Shown here one piece after another: positions 25,988-39,690 of a stretch of 64,000 bases of DNA. Origin of the DNA: Eledone cirrhosa (taxonomy: Eukaryota); NCBI GenBank assembly GCA_964016885.1, contig OZ024741.1, forward strand, positions 290,036,001-290,100,000. The letters run 5' to 3'. The position numbers and the translations under genes were made by a program. A model generated the notes under the pieces. The model saw nothing but the letters and a program-made list of their open reading frames with translations, had not been told where the DNA came from and did not search any database. Numbering within the stretch: the stretch's first letter is position 1; every line of letters starts with the position of its first letter.

Positions 25988-26206
25988 CAGACCTGTCAAA
26001 CATGTGGTCCGCGGAACGCATGCGTCCTTTTACAAGTACAAATGCGACCCGCACAAAGGATTTCACAGCGCGAGCATGTTTTATCTTCGTAATATGAAAT
26101 ATAAAAAATTAATTGTAATGTGCGCAATTAGTTGTCGTGTGTGGCCCTCAGACAACACATATGTGACTAATATGGTCCTAGAGGGACCCTCAGTTTGACA
26201 TGCCTG
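25988..26206. mobile_element. hAT-type MITE
   Basis: TIRs CAGACCTGTCAAAC / GTTTGACATGCCTG; perfect 8-bp TSD CTATAAAG on both sides. Confidence 0.9.
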
Positions 26207-26388
26207 CTATAAAGAACTTTGAAAAATTTTGCCTGGTCCATCATTGTCATATAAGATTTAACTCCAAGATCCAATCAAACATTCCATCCTGCTCCACTCA
26301 AAATCATGTCATCTGCACAAAATACGACCTGCTGTGTAAATCAACAGCTGGACTAAAGTGTCATTTAAGGCATAACCATAAAAAACTT

Positions 26389-26476
26389 AACTGAGTAGAC
26401 TGTTGTACGCCCATACGCTGATATACGACGGAAGAGGCCATCATACACACACGTACACACACACACCCACACCCAC

Positions 26477-26528
<52 letters not shown>

Positions 26529-26654
26529 GTTGATGTAGGACGGAAGAGGCCATCATACATTTATATATATACGTATATATATATATATATATAAATGTAT
26601 GATGGGTTCTTCCGTCGTATATCAACGTATGGGCGTACAGCAGTCTACTCAGTT
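26389..26654. repeat. Inverted duplication (~58-bp arms) across TA/CA microsatellites
   Basis: aactgagtagactgttgtacgcccatacgctgatatacgacggaaga versus tcttccgtcgtatatcaacgtatgggcgtacagcagtctactcagtt. Confidence 0.85.
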
Positions 26655-26708
26655 CAGTGTTAGATATATAAAATACACTCACACACAGACACACACAAAT
26701 ATATATAG

Positions 26709-26742
<34 letters not shown>

Positions 26743-26746
26743 TATA

Positions 26747-26788
<42 letters not shown>

Positions 26789-27117
26789 TGCAAGTTTGAA
26801 GAATTATTAGATAAAATATATCCAATCTTTCTTCACCCTAGTCTGTAGAAATCAACTAGATAAATAATCCTTTAAACGGAGCTATAAGTTTAAAATGTAA
26901 CTTCGAAGAAATAATAGATAAATGATACAGACTATCTTCCGCGTGGAACAGTCAGATAAAATGTATCCAGTCTTTCCTCTTAGCTCGTAGAAATTAACTA
27001 GACAAATAATCAGTTAAACAGAGCTAAGTCTAAAATATAAGTTAGAAGAAAAAATGCATATAAACTTTACCAAAATTCCTGTAGTCCCAACTATCGATAG
27101 TTTCGCTCGTACTTTAT

Positions 27118-27168
<51 letters not shown>

Positions 27169-27264
27169 ATGTGTCCTATATGTAATTAATACATACAGGG
27201 ATACAAGTATAGTCCGTATGCCAGTGTGGTTCAATAGCAAATTAATAAATTAACAAGCCAGAAC

Positions 27265-27657
27265 ATATAAAATCAAGGGAGTGTAAACACAGAAAATATC
27301 TTAAAACATAATAATAAATAATTAAATTCCAAAAAATTCACTGTACTTACTATATGTGCCTTTACCGCGGTTTCAGATCCCCAATAAATGGAATTCCATT
27401 GAGAAAGAGATCATCGTCAGGAGGCTTTTCTCTCTCGGAGAATATAAAATTCCCAAGAATTTTATATTCTACGAGAGAGAAAAGCCTTCTGACGATGATC
27501 TCTTTCTCAATGGAATTCCACTTGGATTGTCTATTTATTGGGGATCTGAAACCGCGGCAAAAGCACGTATAGTAAGTACAGTGAATATTTTGGAATTTAA
27601 TTATTTATTATTATGTTTTAAGATATTTTCTGTGTTTACACTCCCTTGATTTTATAT
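27265..27657. mobile_element. Palindromic insert (~190-bp arms) with one hammerhead per arm
   Basis: Centre aaaattc-ccaa-gaatttt; HHR consensus GCCTT-CTGACGA-TGATCTC...GGGATCT-GAAA-CCGCGGT-A-AAGGC at 27358-27425 (-) and 27484-27564 (+). Confidence 0.85.
27358..27425 (-). ncRNA. Hammerhead ribozyme, left arm of palindrome
   Basis: Core intact and palindromic stem III ACCGCGGT, with one C-A mismatch in stem I; the right-arm copy carries U16.1>C. Confidence 0.7.
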
Positions 27658-27754
27658 ATATATATATATATATAATGCCATGATAGACATATTTGTGTTT
27701 ACAACAAATTTTAACCAATCCTCTTGACAACTACAATCTTCCCATATAAGGAAG

Positions 27755-27853
27755 TACCCCCTTGACAAGTTCGGCTATTTATACACCAGGCTAAAGATTC
27801 TAATTTAGTCCAGAAATAGCCGTCGAAACGGCTTGAGCTCTGCCGTCGGTATC
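27755..27853 (+). ncRNA. Decayed hammerhead (full-length member of the 24576 family)
   Basis: TACCCC-(CT)TGACAA-GttCGGCTATTT...AAATAGCCGtC-GAAACGGCttgagctctGCCGTC-GG; core mutated. Confidence 0.5.
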
Positions 27854-28638
27854 ATATATATATAAATTACCGAGAATCGTATTTCGGCTTAGGAATTAAC
27901 GAAAAACAACTTCCGAGATGTGTGGCAAGCGCTCAATGATTCAGATGAACCAGAGCTACAACATACGCTAAAGGCCAAACACACTGAGACGATGGTTAAA
28001 CAATCATCCGCACAACCATAAAAACGACCAAGTAATTCGGGTCAAACAAATAAAAATATATGTGATTGAAAGTTTACCCGGAACCCTGGATGGTTGGTAA
28101 AATCCAGCATTTCGGTTTCTGCGACTCCTAAATCAAGTACTGTCCGCTTACACAAATAATGTTAGGCTTCTGGTAAGATGATTGAACAAGGAAGCCACTT
28201 TTTCAACAGGTTTTAATTCGAGTGCTAATTTAAGGAATGACCGTCACCGACCCCACGTGGTGCTCGGCAAGGGAGGCAACTCTTATTTTAGGCGGATGAA
28301 TTCAGTATGTGTATAAAATTGCAAGAATGCAAAACATCACAAAACGAATAAGTCTCTCAACAGAATGGTTATAAGTTAGCATAGCTATTCATCAGTCAAT
28401 AGAATCAACTAAAAAAATCAAGAAAAATAACTGGTCAATAGCTAGACTCTATATATATATATATATAGATAGATATATATGTATATTCATATATATATAT
28501 GTATGTACACACACATGTATATTCGGACAGCGAGCAGAACAAAGGATAAAAGGGACACTTCAGCTGTGTCAAATACATGACAAGTTCCCTAGTACTGGTG
28601 CCACAAAAAAATGCACCCAATGGAGCTTCTCAAAATTC

Positions 28639-29586
28639 GTGAGATATAAGTCCACGGTCCATCATGCCAAACCCATGGCCCATTATGCCAAACCCATGAC
28701 TTCCAAATATCTGATCCACCTAAACTCAGTTGTTTCGGACCATACCAAAATCAACATACTGATTGCGGATTTGGTACGGGTGATGAGAAACGTGTCCCGC
28801 GTGTGCAACCCCGAAGAACTAGAGAGACACATACAACACTTCATCCACCGTATGCAGTTCTCTGGTTACAATCAGAGAGATAAAATCAGAGTGTATAGAG
28901 GAGCCAGAACCAAATGGGAAAAAATGGTAAATAATGACACAAATGGGACCTGCCCCTTGTATAGGAGCAAATTTTGGAATAGAATAGAAAGAACTAGGAA
29001 TAAGGCTAATAGAAGAAACTCATGGTATGATAGCAATACATACCAGAGTGTAATGTTCATCGATACAACCCCTAGAGATGAATTAGCTTACAACTTTAGA
29101 AGGGCCCTAGATAAACATAAACTCAATATTAAGATAGTAGAAAGACCAGGTACCTCCATAAAAACACTTATTAGCAAGACATACCCTTTTCAAAGACCTT
29201 CCTATATAGATAAGAAATGTATAATCTGGAAATTAAGCCCCCATATTAACTGTAAAACTAGAAATGTAGTATATAGCATAAGATGTACTGAAGGACAATG
29301 TAGAGATAAAAATATAGTGTACATATGTAAGACAGCTCGTAGTATAGGGGAACGGATAAATGAACACTGGCGAGACCTTCAAGATAGTAAAGAATCATCT
29401 GTACTCTACCAACATGCTAAAATAGAACATAAGGGTAAATTAGAGAACATAGAAATAAAAATAGAATCTACACACAGAAAAGACGCAATGTTTAGACAAA
29501 TCACAGAGGCAATAAACATAAATGAATTACAAGCAAAATTAAATAGAAAACATGAGTGGAACAGCAACATCACAACTTACAATTAA
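28639..29586 (+). CDS. C-terminal part of a PLE polyprotein (RT C-terminal/linker region + GIY-YIG endonuclease), truncated
   Basis: 315-aa open frame: RMQFSGY, CKTRNVVYSIRC...VYICKTARSIGERINEH, VLYQH...EH, RQITEAINI, LNRKHEW; the RT palm is missing. Confidence 0.85.
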   Translation: MRYKSTVHHAKPMAHYAKPMTSKYLIHLNSVVSDHTKINILIADLVRVMRNVSRVCNPEELERHIQHFIHRMQFSGYNQRDKIRVYRGARTKWEKMVNNDTNGTCPLYRSKFWNRIERTRNKANRRNSWYDSNTYQSVMFIDTTPRDELAYNFRRALDKHKLNIKIVERPGTSIKTLISKTYPFQRPSYIDKKCIIWKLSPHINCKTRNVVYSIRCTEGQCRDKNIVYICKTARSIGERINEHWRDLQDSKESSVLYQHAKIEHKGKLENIEIKIESTHRKDAMFRQITEAININELQAKLNRKHEWNSNITTYN

Positions 29587-29788
29587 GGACAAAATGAAAA
29601 CACACACGCACATAGAACAAACAACCAACCAGTAACATGTAAATAAACAAATAAATAAACGAATATAAACACACACAGACACCCGGATGTAACACATGCG
29701 CAAACTAAGCACACAACACACACACACAAACAAGATGGCGTAGGACAGAACAAAGGAGAGGCACAAAAAACAAAGAAAATAATCCCCA

Positions 29789-29831
29789 GTCACTGAAGAG
29801 GTCACATAATGTGTGACGAAAGAACTTTGAC
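29789..29831 (+). ncRNA. Minimal hammerhead in the PLE 3' region
   Basis: GTCA-CTGAAGA-G GTCACA taatg TGTGAC-GAAA-G AA CT-T-TGAC. Confidence 0.8.
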
Positions 29832-30244
29832 AATATATAAACAAACATCTGGTTGTGGAACCAACCAACCAACCGGAAATTTATAAATTCCTAAATTTAT
29901 AAATTTATTATAATAAATTGAAGTGAAATCTCTGGTGCGTGTGTTTCTTATTGGCAACATGACCCTCCCAAAGTATAACAATATCGGTTTCAACACACGT
30001 TTTCAGATAAAGAATCTTGCTAAACAAATTCAGAAACGAAATATATATATATACATATATATATTGATTGACCTCGATGTCATGTCACGTGATTGATTCT
30101 TTTTAATTTGCCACCGACGCAGAGGCAATGATTTTCTCAATGGCTAGGAATTCAGTCCACGCTTTGCTATTTTCTATCCACTGAATTATTTTTGTATAAG
30201 TTTCCAGAGTCCACGCTTTGCCTGGATACTTAGCTGAGAATAGT

Positions 30245-30324
30245 CTTCCCTGACGACGAAATGGTTCTCTATATTTTCTTCGGAAAGTATATTTATTCCA
30301 TTTCAGAAACTAATTAGTTGGGAG
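30245..30324 (+). ncRNA. Hammerhead with long branched stem II, array C copy 1
   Basis: CTTCC-CTGACGA-C GAAATGG...(atattttc TTCG gaaagtat)...CCATTTC A-GAAA-C TAATTA GT-T-GGGAG. Confidence 0.8.
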
Positions 30325-30766
30325 TGAAATTTTAGTAAGTAAGTTAATTTTATAATTTTCTTATTTTACGTCTCTCATATTATTGTTCTGCAACCCCATG
30401 CATTGAACCACAAAGTTACTAAGACAAAACCTATATATTTGCTAGCATTGATATGCATCTGTATGTATATATATCTTACTAGATATTAATTCTTTATAAT
30501 TATCTCCAAATTATTTGTCGAGCAATATTGGCCAAGACTGCTGCTATGGTAGCAGGCAGGCCGCTATCTTATTAACAAACCACTTTCCACTGATTGACCT
30601 CGATGTCACGTGATTGATTCTTTTTGAATTTGCCACCGACGCAGAGGCAGTGATTTTCTCAATGGCTAGGAATTCAGTCCACGCTTTGCTAATTTCTATC
30701 CACTGAATTATTTTTGTATAAGTTTCCAGAGTCTACGCTTTGCCTGGATACTTAGCTGAGAATAGT

Positions 30767-30845
30767 CTTCCCTGACGACGAAATGGTTCTCTATATTTTC
30801 TTCGGAAAGTATATTTATCCATTTCAGAAACTAATTAGTTGGGAG
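30767..30845 (+). ncRNA. Hammerhead, array C copy 2
   Basis: Same motif as 30245-30324 with a 1-nt indel in the stem II insert. Confidence 0.8.
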
Positions 30846-30892
30846 TGAAATTTTTAGTAAGTAAGTTAATTTTATAATTTTCTTATTTTACG

Positions 30893-30939
<47 letters not shown>

Positions 30940-30956
30940 AATATATATATATATTT

Positions 30957-31059
<103 letters not shown>

Positions 31060-31071
31060 AATATATATATA

Positions 31072-31141
<70 letters not shown>

Positions 31142-31370
31142 AATATATATATATATTTATCCATCCATCCATACATACATACATACATACGCATACATAC
31201 AGATACACGTACACACATTGGCACTTTTCTCTAACTCCGCTTTTCGCAATCTATCCGCATTCCCCTACCACTTTTCCCCTATCTATGTCAATCTAATTCA
31301 ATGAATCTGGCACAATATGACACCAACACTGATACACACACACATATACACGTCTATCTATCTCTTTGTA

Positions 31371-31454
<84 letters not shown>

Positions 31455-31879
31455 TCTCTCTCTCTTTCTGTCTCTTTCTCTCTCTCACTACCAACCACTA
31501 ATTAATTACAAAATCAATTGTTATTAGCGAATATTTGCACCTGAGATTTCTATCATATTTCAATGAAGGTTGTACCACAGTATGGCCGCAGTCCATTGAC
31601 TGAAACCAGTTATAGAATAGATAGTAAAGAATAGCCAGTCTATAATTACACATCATATCCATCAGCTTCAACATCACCACCATTATGACGTTCAATGTTA
31701 GAGTCATCAACCAAAGTTACCACAAATCACACTCTACAAACTTAAAAGAAAGAGAAACGACGTGAAATTTAAACCTGGATATATAGAATTGGCAGAGTCA
31801 TTAGATTGTTGGATAGAATGCTTTGCGTTTGTTGTCCAGCTTTCTATGGCCTCGTATTTCAAATCACACTGTGATGGTT

Positions 31880-32050
31880 TTCTTCTTCTTCTTCTTCTTC
31901 TTCTTCTTCTTCTTCTTCTTCTTCTTCTTCTTCTTCTTCTTCTTCTTCTTCTTCTTCTTCTTCTTCTTCTTCTTCTTCTTCTTCTTCTTCTTCTTCTTCT
32001 TCTTCTTCTTCTTCTTCTTCTTCTTCTTCTTCTTCTTCTTCTTCTTCTTC
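31880..32050. repeat. (TTC)n microsatellite
   Basis: Direct inspection. Confidence 0.98.
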
Positions 32051-32954
32051 CCACTCTCTCTCTCTCTAACTGCCTCTCTCCCCTTTTCCTTCTTTAGAGG
32101 AAATCAGCTGTGATCTAACCTATGGAGAGGATGGACACCGCCAGGTTTTAAAATGTGTCACTACAACACCCCTACGACTCCAGCAAGTGTTACGGGTCCA
32201 TACATACAAAGACGGGTTTGTTATGGTTTTCAACAACTTTCAATGTAAGTTTGCATGACAAAAGTTGACCCGAGGCTAAACAACAGCAACACCATCATCA
32301 CTGTTATCAATACACCATCAGCATATTTATTCCCTTCAGTATGATCCTCATGATCATCATCATCATCGCCATCTTTAGGATCACTGTCAAGATCATTATC
32401 ACCACCACCACAAATACCCACACAATCAATATCAAATCATTGACACCAAAGACTCCATAAAGTCACTCAACTCTCCCATCACCACTTTCAGCCTCACCAC
32501 CACCACTCGCTTTCTCTATGACACTTTCTGTGTTCCTATCATTTACCAACATAAGTAGGTATAGATGTATGCATATATGTATATACGTATGAATGTATGT
32601 ATGTATGCATGTATGTATGTATGTATGGATAGATGTATGCATGTATGTATATACGAATGAACGTATGTATGTATGGTATTATCTCTTTCTCTTAATTTCG
32701 AGTATATTTTTGACCGGCCACCTTCCTGGTGGCAAGATTGTAAAAGAAAAGAAATTGTCATCCCTTGAATCGCAAGAATGTTTTGCAAATTTTGAAGGTG
32801 CCAGCTATCGCAGCCATTTGTAGACTATGAATTAGGGAGCTGCGCTCTTTGTCCGCAAATCCAAGTTCAGTCATACTTTGGTCCAAGCGGGTTGGTATAT
32901 AACCCGTAGCTCCATGAATGTATGTATATATGTATGTATGTATGTATGCATGTC

Positions 32955-33495
32955 AGGTCACCAGTTGGTGCTACTGGTAACATGTATTCCAGTACAACCT
33001 GTCCCATGGTCGGGTCGTTGGCGACTAAACTAGCAACCCCACCAAGGTTTCTTGGTGAGGAGGGTGATTTTGGATATCCTGCAGGACTAAAAACAAAACC
33101 TGTCAAAGAGCAAAGACAATGGCCATCCAAAATCATCGGGAGAGATGACCCCTTAGCCTTTGTCAAGGCAGAATTCTAGGAGAAGGATAACTCTGATATA
33201 ACACCTGCAACCCTGATGGTATCCACTGATGTTGACTTGTTCTTCTTTTTGGTAAATATCATCTTGGTTAAGAGAGTGGGACTGGCTTTGTGCAGTGCCT
33301 TTGCTCACTATAAAAGCTTCACAGCACAGGCATTGCTTTGTATCTGGAGATCTCTCTGCACTTGTCGTCACATGGTACCATGGGCCCAGCGCTATGTGTC
33401 AATAATTGTCACAAGTGTAGTGTTTGTACCAGAGTTTTCAAGTCGCTGGCTGGACTAAAAAGTCACACTCGTTCAGCGCATCGGTAGAGGTTCTC
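32955..33495 (+). mobile_element. Probable retroposon fragment (RTE-like 5' UTR motifs) within a (TATG)n tract
   Basis: GC-richer island with ggagaaggataactctga...acctgc, a motif recalled from RTE 5' UTRs; not verified. Confidence 0.35.
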
Positions 33496-33696
33496 CTACA
33501 TGGATATAAAGTAGTGGCTGTACTCGAAAACGAGTTGGCAGCCACCATGTATGCATGTATGGATAGGTGTATGCATGTATGAATATACGTATGTATGTGT
33601 GTATGTATGTATGTATGTATGTATATATATATTTATATATCCATATGTTATTGACGACCGAAAGAAAAGAGTACTCAATACCGAAGTAGAGATTAA

Positions 33697-34090
<394 letters not shown>

Positions 34091-34348
34091 TCTATATATC
34101 TATATATATATAATTTACTTAGTTACATTCGCACCCCTATTCATTTGTTATTCTGGCTTTCGCTTAAATTATAACCACTCCTTAGTATATGATAGGATGA
34201 TGACGCTGGTGGTTACCATATAGATGATATAACGATCATGATATGATAATCATGTTAAGGATCATAATTATTATCATTATCACTATTTATGAAATCTATG
34301 ATAATTTAAATTGTGTATGATTTGGGAGTGACTAAAATTACCGCTCGC

Positions 34349-34500
34349 ATTGGCAGAATCGTTAGAACGTCGGATAGAATACTTTGTAGTATTCGTTCCG
34401 GCTCTCTGCTCTCTAAGTTCAAATCCCGCCGAGCCCAACTTTGCCAGTCATCCTTTCGAGTTCGATAAAATAAATGTACCAGTCAACTAATGGGGTAAAT
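34349..34500 (+). mobile_element. SINE family A copy (diverged)
   Basis: attggcagaatcgttag...gttcaaatcccgccgag...gataaaataaatgtaccag. Confidence 0.85.
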
Positions 34501-36141
34501 TCTTCCTCTATATATCTTTCTCACTACCTCTCTCTCACATTCTATCTCTCTATGGAAGAAATTTACTGTATTCAGATCTGGAGAGGGATGGGCTTCGCCA
34601 GGCTTAAAAATGCCCCCAAAATGCCGTATGCCACTACGATCCCCCTACATCTTCCCCAGAAGTTACTGGACCATACAGCCTAAATGTTACAGCTATACCA
34701 GGTTTTCTATACGTTGTGCAAGTTAGTAGGTGATTTCAATTAATTTGCAAATCTTTTAAAAGTTCTTCAGTATAACCAATACTGACATTGTTAATGCTGC
34801 TGCTGATGATGTGAGGATCATAATGAGGCTGGTTATAATGATAATGATTATAATGATGATAACATTATTGACGATAATGATGGTGTTAATGAAGATGGTG
34901 ATGGTCATGATGGCGATGACGACGACGAAGAAGACGATGACGCGTCGACGACGACGATGGTGATAATGTTAAGAAGGCAGAATGATGTTGGTGGTAGTGT
35001 GGTGGTGCTGGAGGTGAAGGTAGTTGTGGTGGTAGTGATGGTAGTGGTGGTGGTGGTGGAGGAGGACGAGGAGGTGGTGTTAGTGGTGGTGGTGGTGGTG
35101 GTGGTGGTGGTGGTGTTGGTGGAGGAGGACGAGGAGGTGGTGTTGGTGGTGGTGGTTGTATAAGTGGTGATGGTAGCAGTCGTGGTAGTAATGGTGGTGG
35201 TTCTGCTGTAGTTTGTGTGGATATCAGTGTTACACGTTTTGGAAACCAGTGGAAAACGTGACCTATGTGTCAAGTATTTTCTTTTAACGTCTTTCAGTTA
35301 AACTTCGGCGAAAATTAACCTTTGCACACTGGATCCCCTTGAGCTCTTTGCGAATCCCTACATGAATAGGTATCATTGGAGTAGGATGAGATACCACACT
35401 TGTGACAGATCTTAAAATCAACTAGGTTAGGTGAGGTTAAGATAGAATATAATGCTTCTATTGTTTCGTTCATTGATGCTGGCTTTGTCAGCGATTCACA
35501 ATAATTAGTAAAGAACAGACATAAATTAGGATGGTCAAACAAATTCCTGTCAGGGCGTCGAACTTGGTAATGTAGAAGAATTTTATATTTGACTCTTGTT
35601 GGTGGCAATAGACACAGACGGGTGAATGGGCATTCGTCGGTTCAGACGATGAATGTTTCAGTTGTCCTATCAATGACATAACCTGCTCATGAAAGTAACT
35701 TGTAAGTGGCTGAGCATTCCACAGACACGTGTACCCTTTAGTAGATTTTGCATGACTGTGTGACAAAGCCGGCTTTTGAAATTCCAAGTACTATCCATCT
35801 AACAAGCTTCCAAAGAGTTTCAGTTTACAAAATTTCATTCACAAATCTTAGGTCGAATCTTGACTATGGTAAATGTCACCTGCCCAATGTCCCCGGCGTT
35901 GGGATCGAATCCAGGATCTAATTATTGCGTCTACTCTCATTTTCGTCTTCCAATCACAAGATACTGACCATCCGAATACGGCAGTGGAAGACAGTACCAC
36001 CACTCCTATCGCTGTTGGATACATACGACCATCGTGATGGGATTAATCCTGCATACACTGATCTATGGATTGGAATGCTGAAAACGCAGCGCTCATAATC
36101 AAATAAACATTTAAATAATGAGCTACACACACACACACGCG

Positions 36142-36225
<84 letters not shown>

Positions 36226-36978
36226 CGCATATGTACATGTGTGCACGAGTATACTGCTTAACCGTGAAGGAACGGTGGTATCTCAAAAGTTTTGTAGAAT
36301 TCAAATGAAATATTGGTCGATAAATTTAATAGGAGACTCAATTAAATAATGGTACTGATGTGTATAACAACAGCAATAAAACAAAATATCATTGACATGC
36401 ATGCATCTTCTCTTTCTTGAATTACTCATGTATACACGTACAATCACATACACACACTCACACACATACTACTAAAACAAGCCAGCTGACAAATGTATAG
36501 TTACTTATATTTCTATATCTAAGAATGATGTGATTTATGATGAGTAAGAAAGTTGAGACTGTAGCATGTTGACGAGGCTTAACATACCTAAATATTTGGT
36601 CATTGTTCTCCCTTGCTTGCAACAAATATCAGCTTGTCCTTTTTACAATGTTAAATATGTTCAGAATGTATGTTTGATTTTACTATAATTGTCTCCCTTT
36701 TTCTTTGAGAATCTCCAACAATTGCCTGGAGGTGTGCCGCTTTCCATCTCCACTTTAGGGTGATGTTTGAAAAGAAATTAAGAATTTATCAGAACACTAC
36801 ATTTTAGTTTAATTATCCAAATTCATGCGGTTCACTGCCTTGAATTAGATTTATTTTGCTGACACACTCACACATATGTATGTATATATATGTAATTATA
36901 TACATATATATATATACGCACATACATAAACTCCCACACGCACACACATACCCATATATATATATATGTTTATGAATA

Positions 36979-37010
<32 letters not shown>

Positions 37011-37160
37011 GATATATAGATATATATATATATAGATATAGATATATAGATATATAGATATATTTCTGTGTGTATATATTTACATACATATTTCTATGTT
37101 ATATATTTATATACATATTTATATATATAAATATATATATATATATACAAATATATATAT

Positions 37161-37229
<69 letters not shown>

Positions 37230-37244
37230 AATATATATATAAAA

Positions 37245-37353
<109 letters not shown>

Positions 37354-37413
37354 CATATATATATACATACATGTATATATTTAAATATAAATACACACAC
37401 ACACACACACACG

Positions 37414-37444
<31 letters not shown>

Positions 37445-37750
37445 TATATTTGCACTCTACTCATATGTATATATTGGGGTGTATGTTTCTGTGTGTATGT
37501 TTGTATGTGTGGATGTGCGTACAAAATATAATATTATAAAGGGCGTAAATCTTGAGAACTGTCATATGTGAATTTCACAAAGTTTAACTAATTGCTTAAA
37601 AGTCTGATTCTTCTGTTTAATCGCACAATATCTCTAAATTTTCTCCACTTCTTTTCCCTCTCCTTCTACACTTCCTCATTCACCTATCATAATATTATTA
37701 TCCTCATTATAGCTGTTGTGTTTCCTTCTTGTTATTATAAGTACATATAA

Positions 37751-38155
37751 TGGCGGAGAATTGGCAGTATCGGTAGAGGGTCGGACATGCTTTCCAGCAG
37801 AGTTACGTCCTTTTACGATCAGATTTCAAATCCTGCCGAGGTTAACTTTGCCTTTCATCCTTACGGGGTCGATAAATAAAATACCAGTCACGTACTGGAG
37901 TCGATTTAATCGACTTTCTCGTCCCCTGGCCTTGTGCCTATATAAGAAACTATTATAAGTATATATAATGGCGGTGAATTGGCAGTATCGGTAGAGGGTC
38001 GAACATGCTTTCCACCATAGTTACGTCCCTTTACGATCATAGTTTAATTCCCGCCGAGGTTAATTTTGCCTTTCATCCTTACGGGATCGATAAAATAAAG
38101 TACCAGTAATGTACTGGGTAATTGCTGGCCTTGTGCCAAAAAGTAGAAACAATTA
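37751..38155 (+). mobile_element. Two tandem SINE A copies (37751-37953, 37969-38155)
   Basis: Each is preceded or followed by tattataagta.atata; both match the consensus. Confidence 0.9.
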
Positions 38156-38506
38156 TTATAAGTATATATATATAACGGACAATATTCATTAAACATGAAC
38201 ATTATATATTATGTTGTATTTTCACTATGTTTTTATATTTGTATAATTCTTGTAAAAAATATTATATTCATTTATATTGCTATTATATAGAAAATTATCA
38301 GCAGAATAACTTGCAATATCATTAAATATAGTTTTACAAATGCCACCACTGTTATAATCACCATGATCATGATGGTAATGATGAATGTCGGTATCATTTT
38401 TATCATCACAACTACGACCACATCCACCACCACTACCAACACTACGCCTACCAGCAGCAGCAGCACCACCACCACCACCACCACCACCACTACCGCCACC
38501 ACCACC

Positions 38507-38537
<31 letters not shown>

Positions 38538-39039
38538 CCATACATATATATTTTTAATATGTGCATGTGTCAACGGATAGACCTTTTTTGCTTATTTTGT
38601 TTTATACATACATACCTTATTCATGTTAAGAAAAATATTAAAATAATTAACTCAAATGTTTTTATAACAGCACACACACAATATAAAACGTAAATAAAGT
38701 AAAATAATTAAATAAACATGTTCTAGTACAGATAAAAATAAAATACAAGATAAATCTAAACACAAAAGTATGGAGTTAGAGGGAGTAGAAAGTCGAGTAA
38801 ATCGACCTAAGCACTTGACTTGTGATGTACTATATCCACTGTAGATGGTAGAACATGAGAGTTGACCTCGACAGGATTTGAACTCGGAAGGTAAAGAACT
38901 TGAATTAATTATTACAAAGCCTTTTGTCCGACACGCAAACGATTTTCCCTAATCATCTGCCCATTCATAAGATTAAATATATTCTCAAAACAAAAATATA
39001 ATAAAAATTTAAAGTAACAGAAGCGACAACCTACCCCGA

Positions 39040-39690
39040 TAAAAACATAACACACTAAATACAAAAATGTTACATAAATCATATCATAGCACAGCATACA
39101 ATGATATGATACAGACATGATAACACAAACCTTACATATATCAGCTAACGCATTATTTACATAACACATAACCAAACCACAACATAACATAGCAGAACAC
39201 AGACCATAACATAACACAACAACGAAACATTACATATCTAAAACAATACGTAGCAGAATACGGCACATAACACAGCATAATGCACAGCATATCATAACAC
39301 ATAGCATATCATAACATAACAAAATCAAAACATATCACAAAACATCACTCAAAAATGAAAACTTTATATAACTAAACAGTACATAACATTTAACATAACA
39401 CAGCACGTAACACAACATAATACAGAACAACATAACACCGCATAATACACAGCATATCATAACATAACATATCATAACATAACACAACAAAATCAAAGCA
39501 TATCGCAAAACATAACTAAAAAACGAAAACCTTATATAACTAAAACATTACATAACATTTAACATAACACAGCACATAACTCAACATAATACACAGCATA
39601 ACATAACACATAACATAATGTACTACACAATATCATACATAACATAATATATCATGAAATATAACATGACAGAAATCATATCAAAACGGA
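39040..39690. repeat. Degenerate (CATAA)n pentamer repeat with a ~165-bp higher-order duplication
   Basis: Block 39276-39424 recurs at about 39441-39592. Confidence 0.8.

Larger units (their letters stand above)
28625..30040 (+). mobile_element. 5'-truncated Penelope-like retroelement with a 3' pLTR region
   Basis: GIY-YIG ORF, then a hammerhead (29789-29831) and AATAAA (~29912), ending at (TA)n. Confidence 0.85.
30065..30900 (+). repeat. Tandem array C: ~1.6 copies of a ~525-bp unit flanked by (TA)n, one hammerhead per unit
   Basis: 30065-30376 is repeated at 30591-30898 with few differences. Confidence 0.92.

Noticed and set aside
28215-28305. HDV-like ribozyme candidate (gaccccacgtggtgctcgg...)
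   Set aside because: The L3-like CCCACGT is present, but P1, P3 and P2 could not be closed consistently by hand
28365-28400. Minus-strand CTGATGA core near 28389
   Set aside because: No downstream GAAA or closing stems; the chance cores at 3853, 21898, 23590 and 25860 were rejected for the same reason
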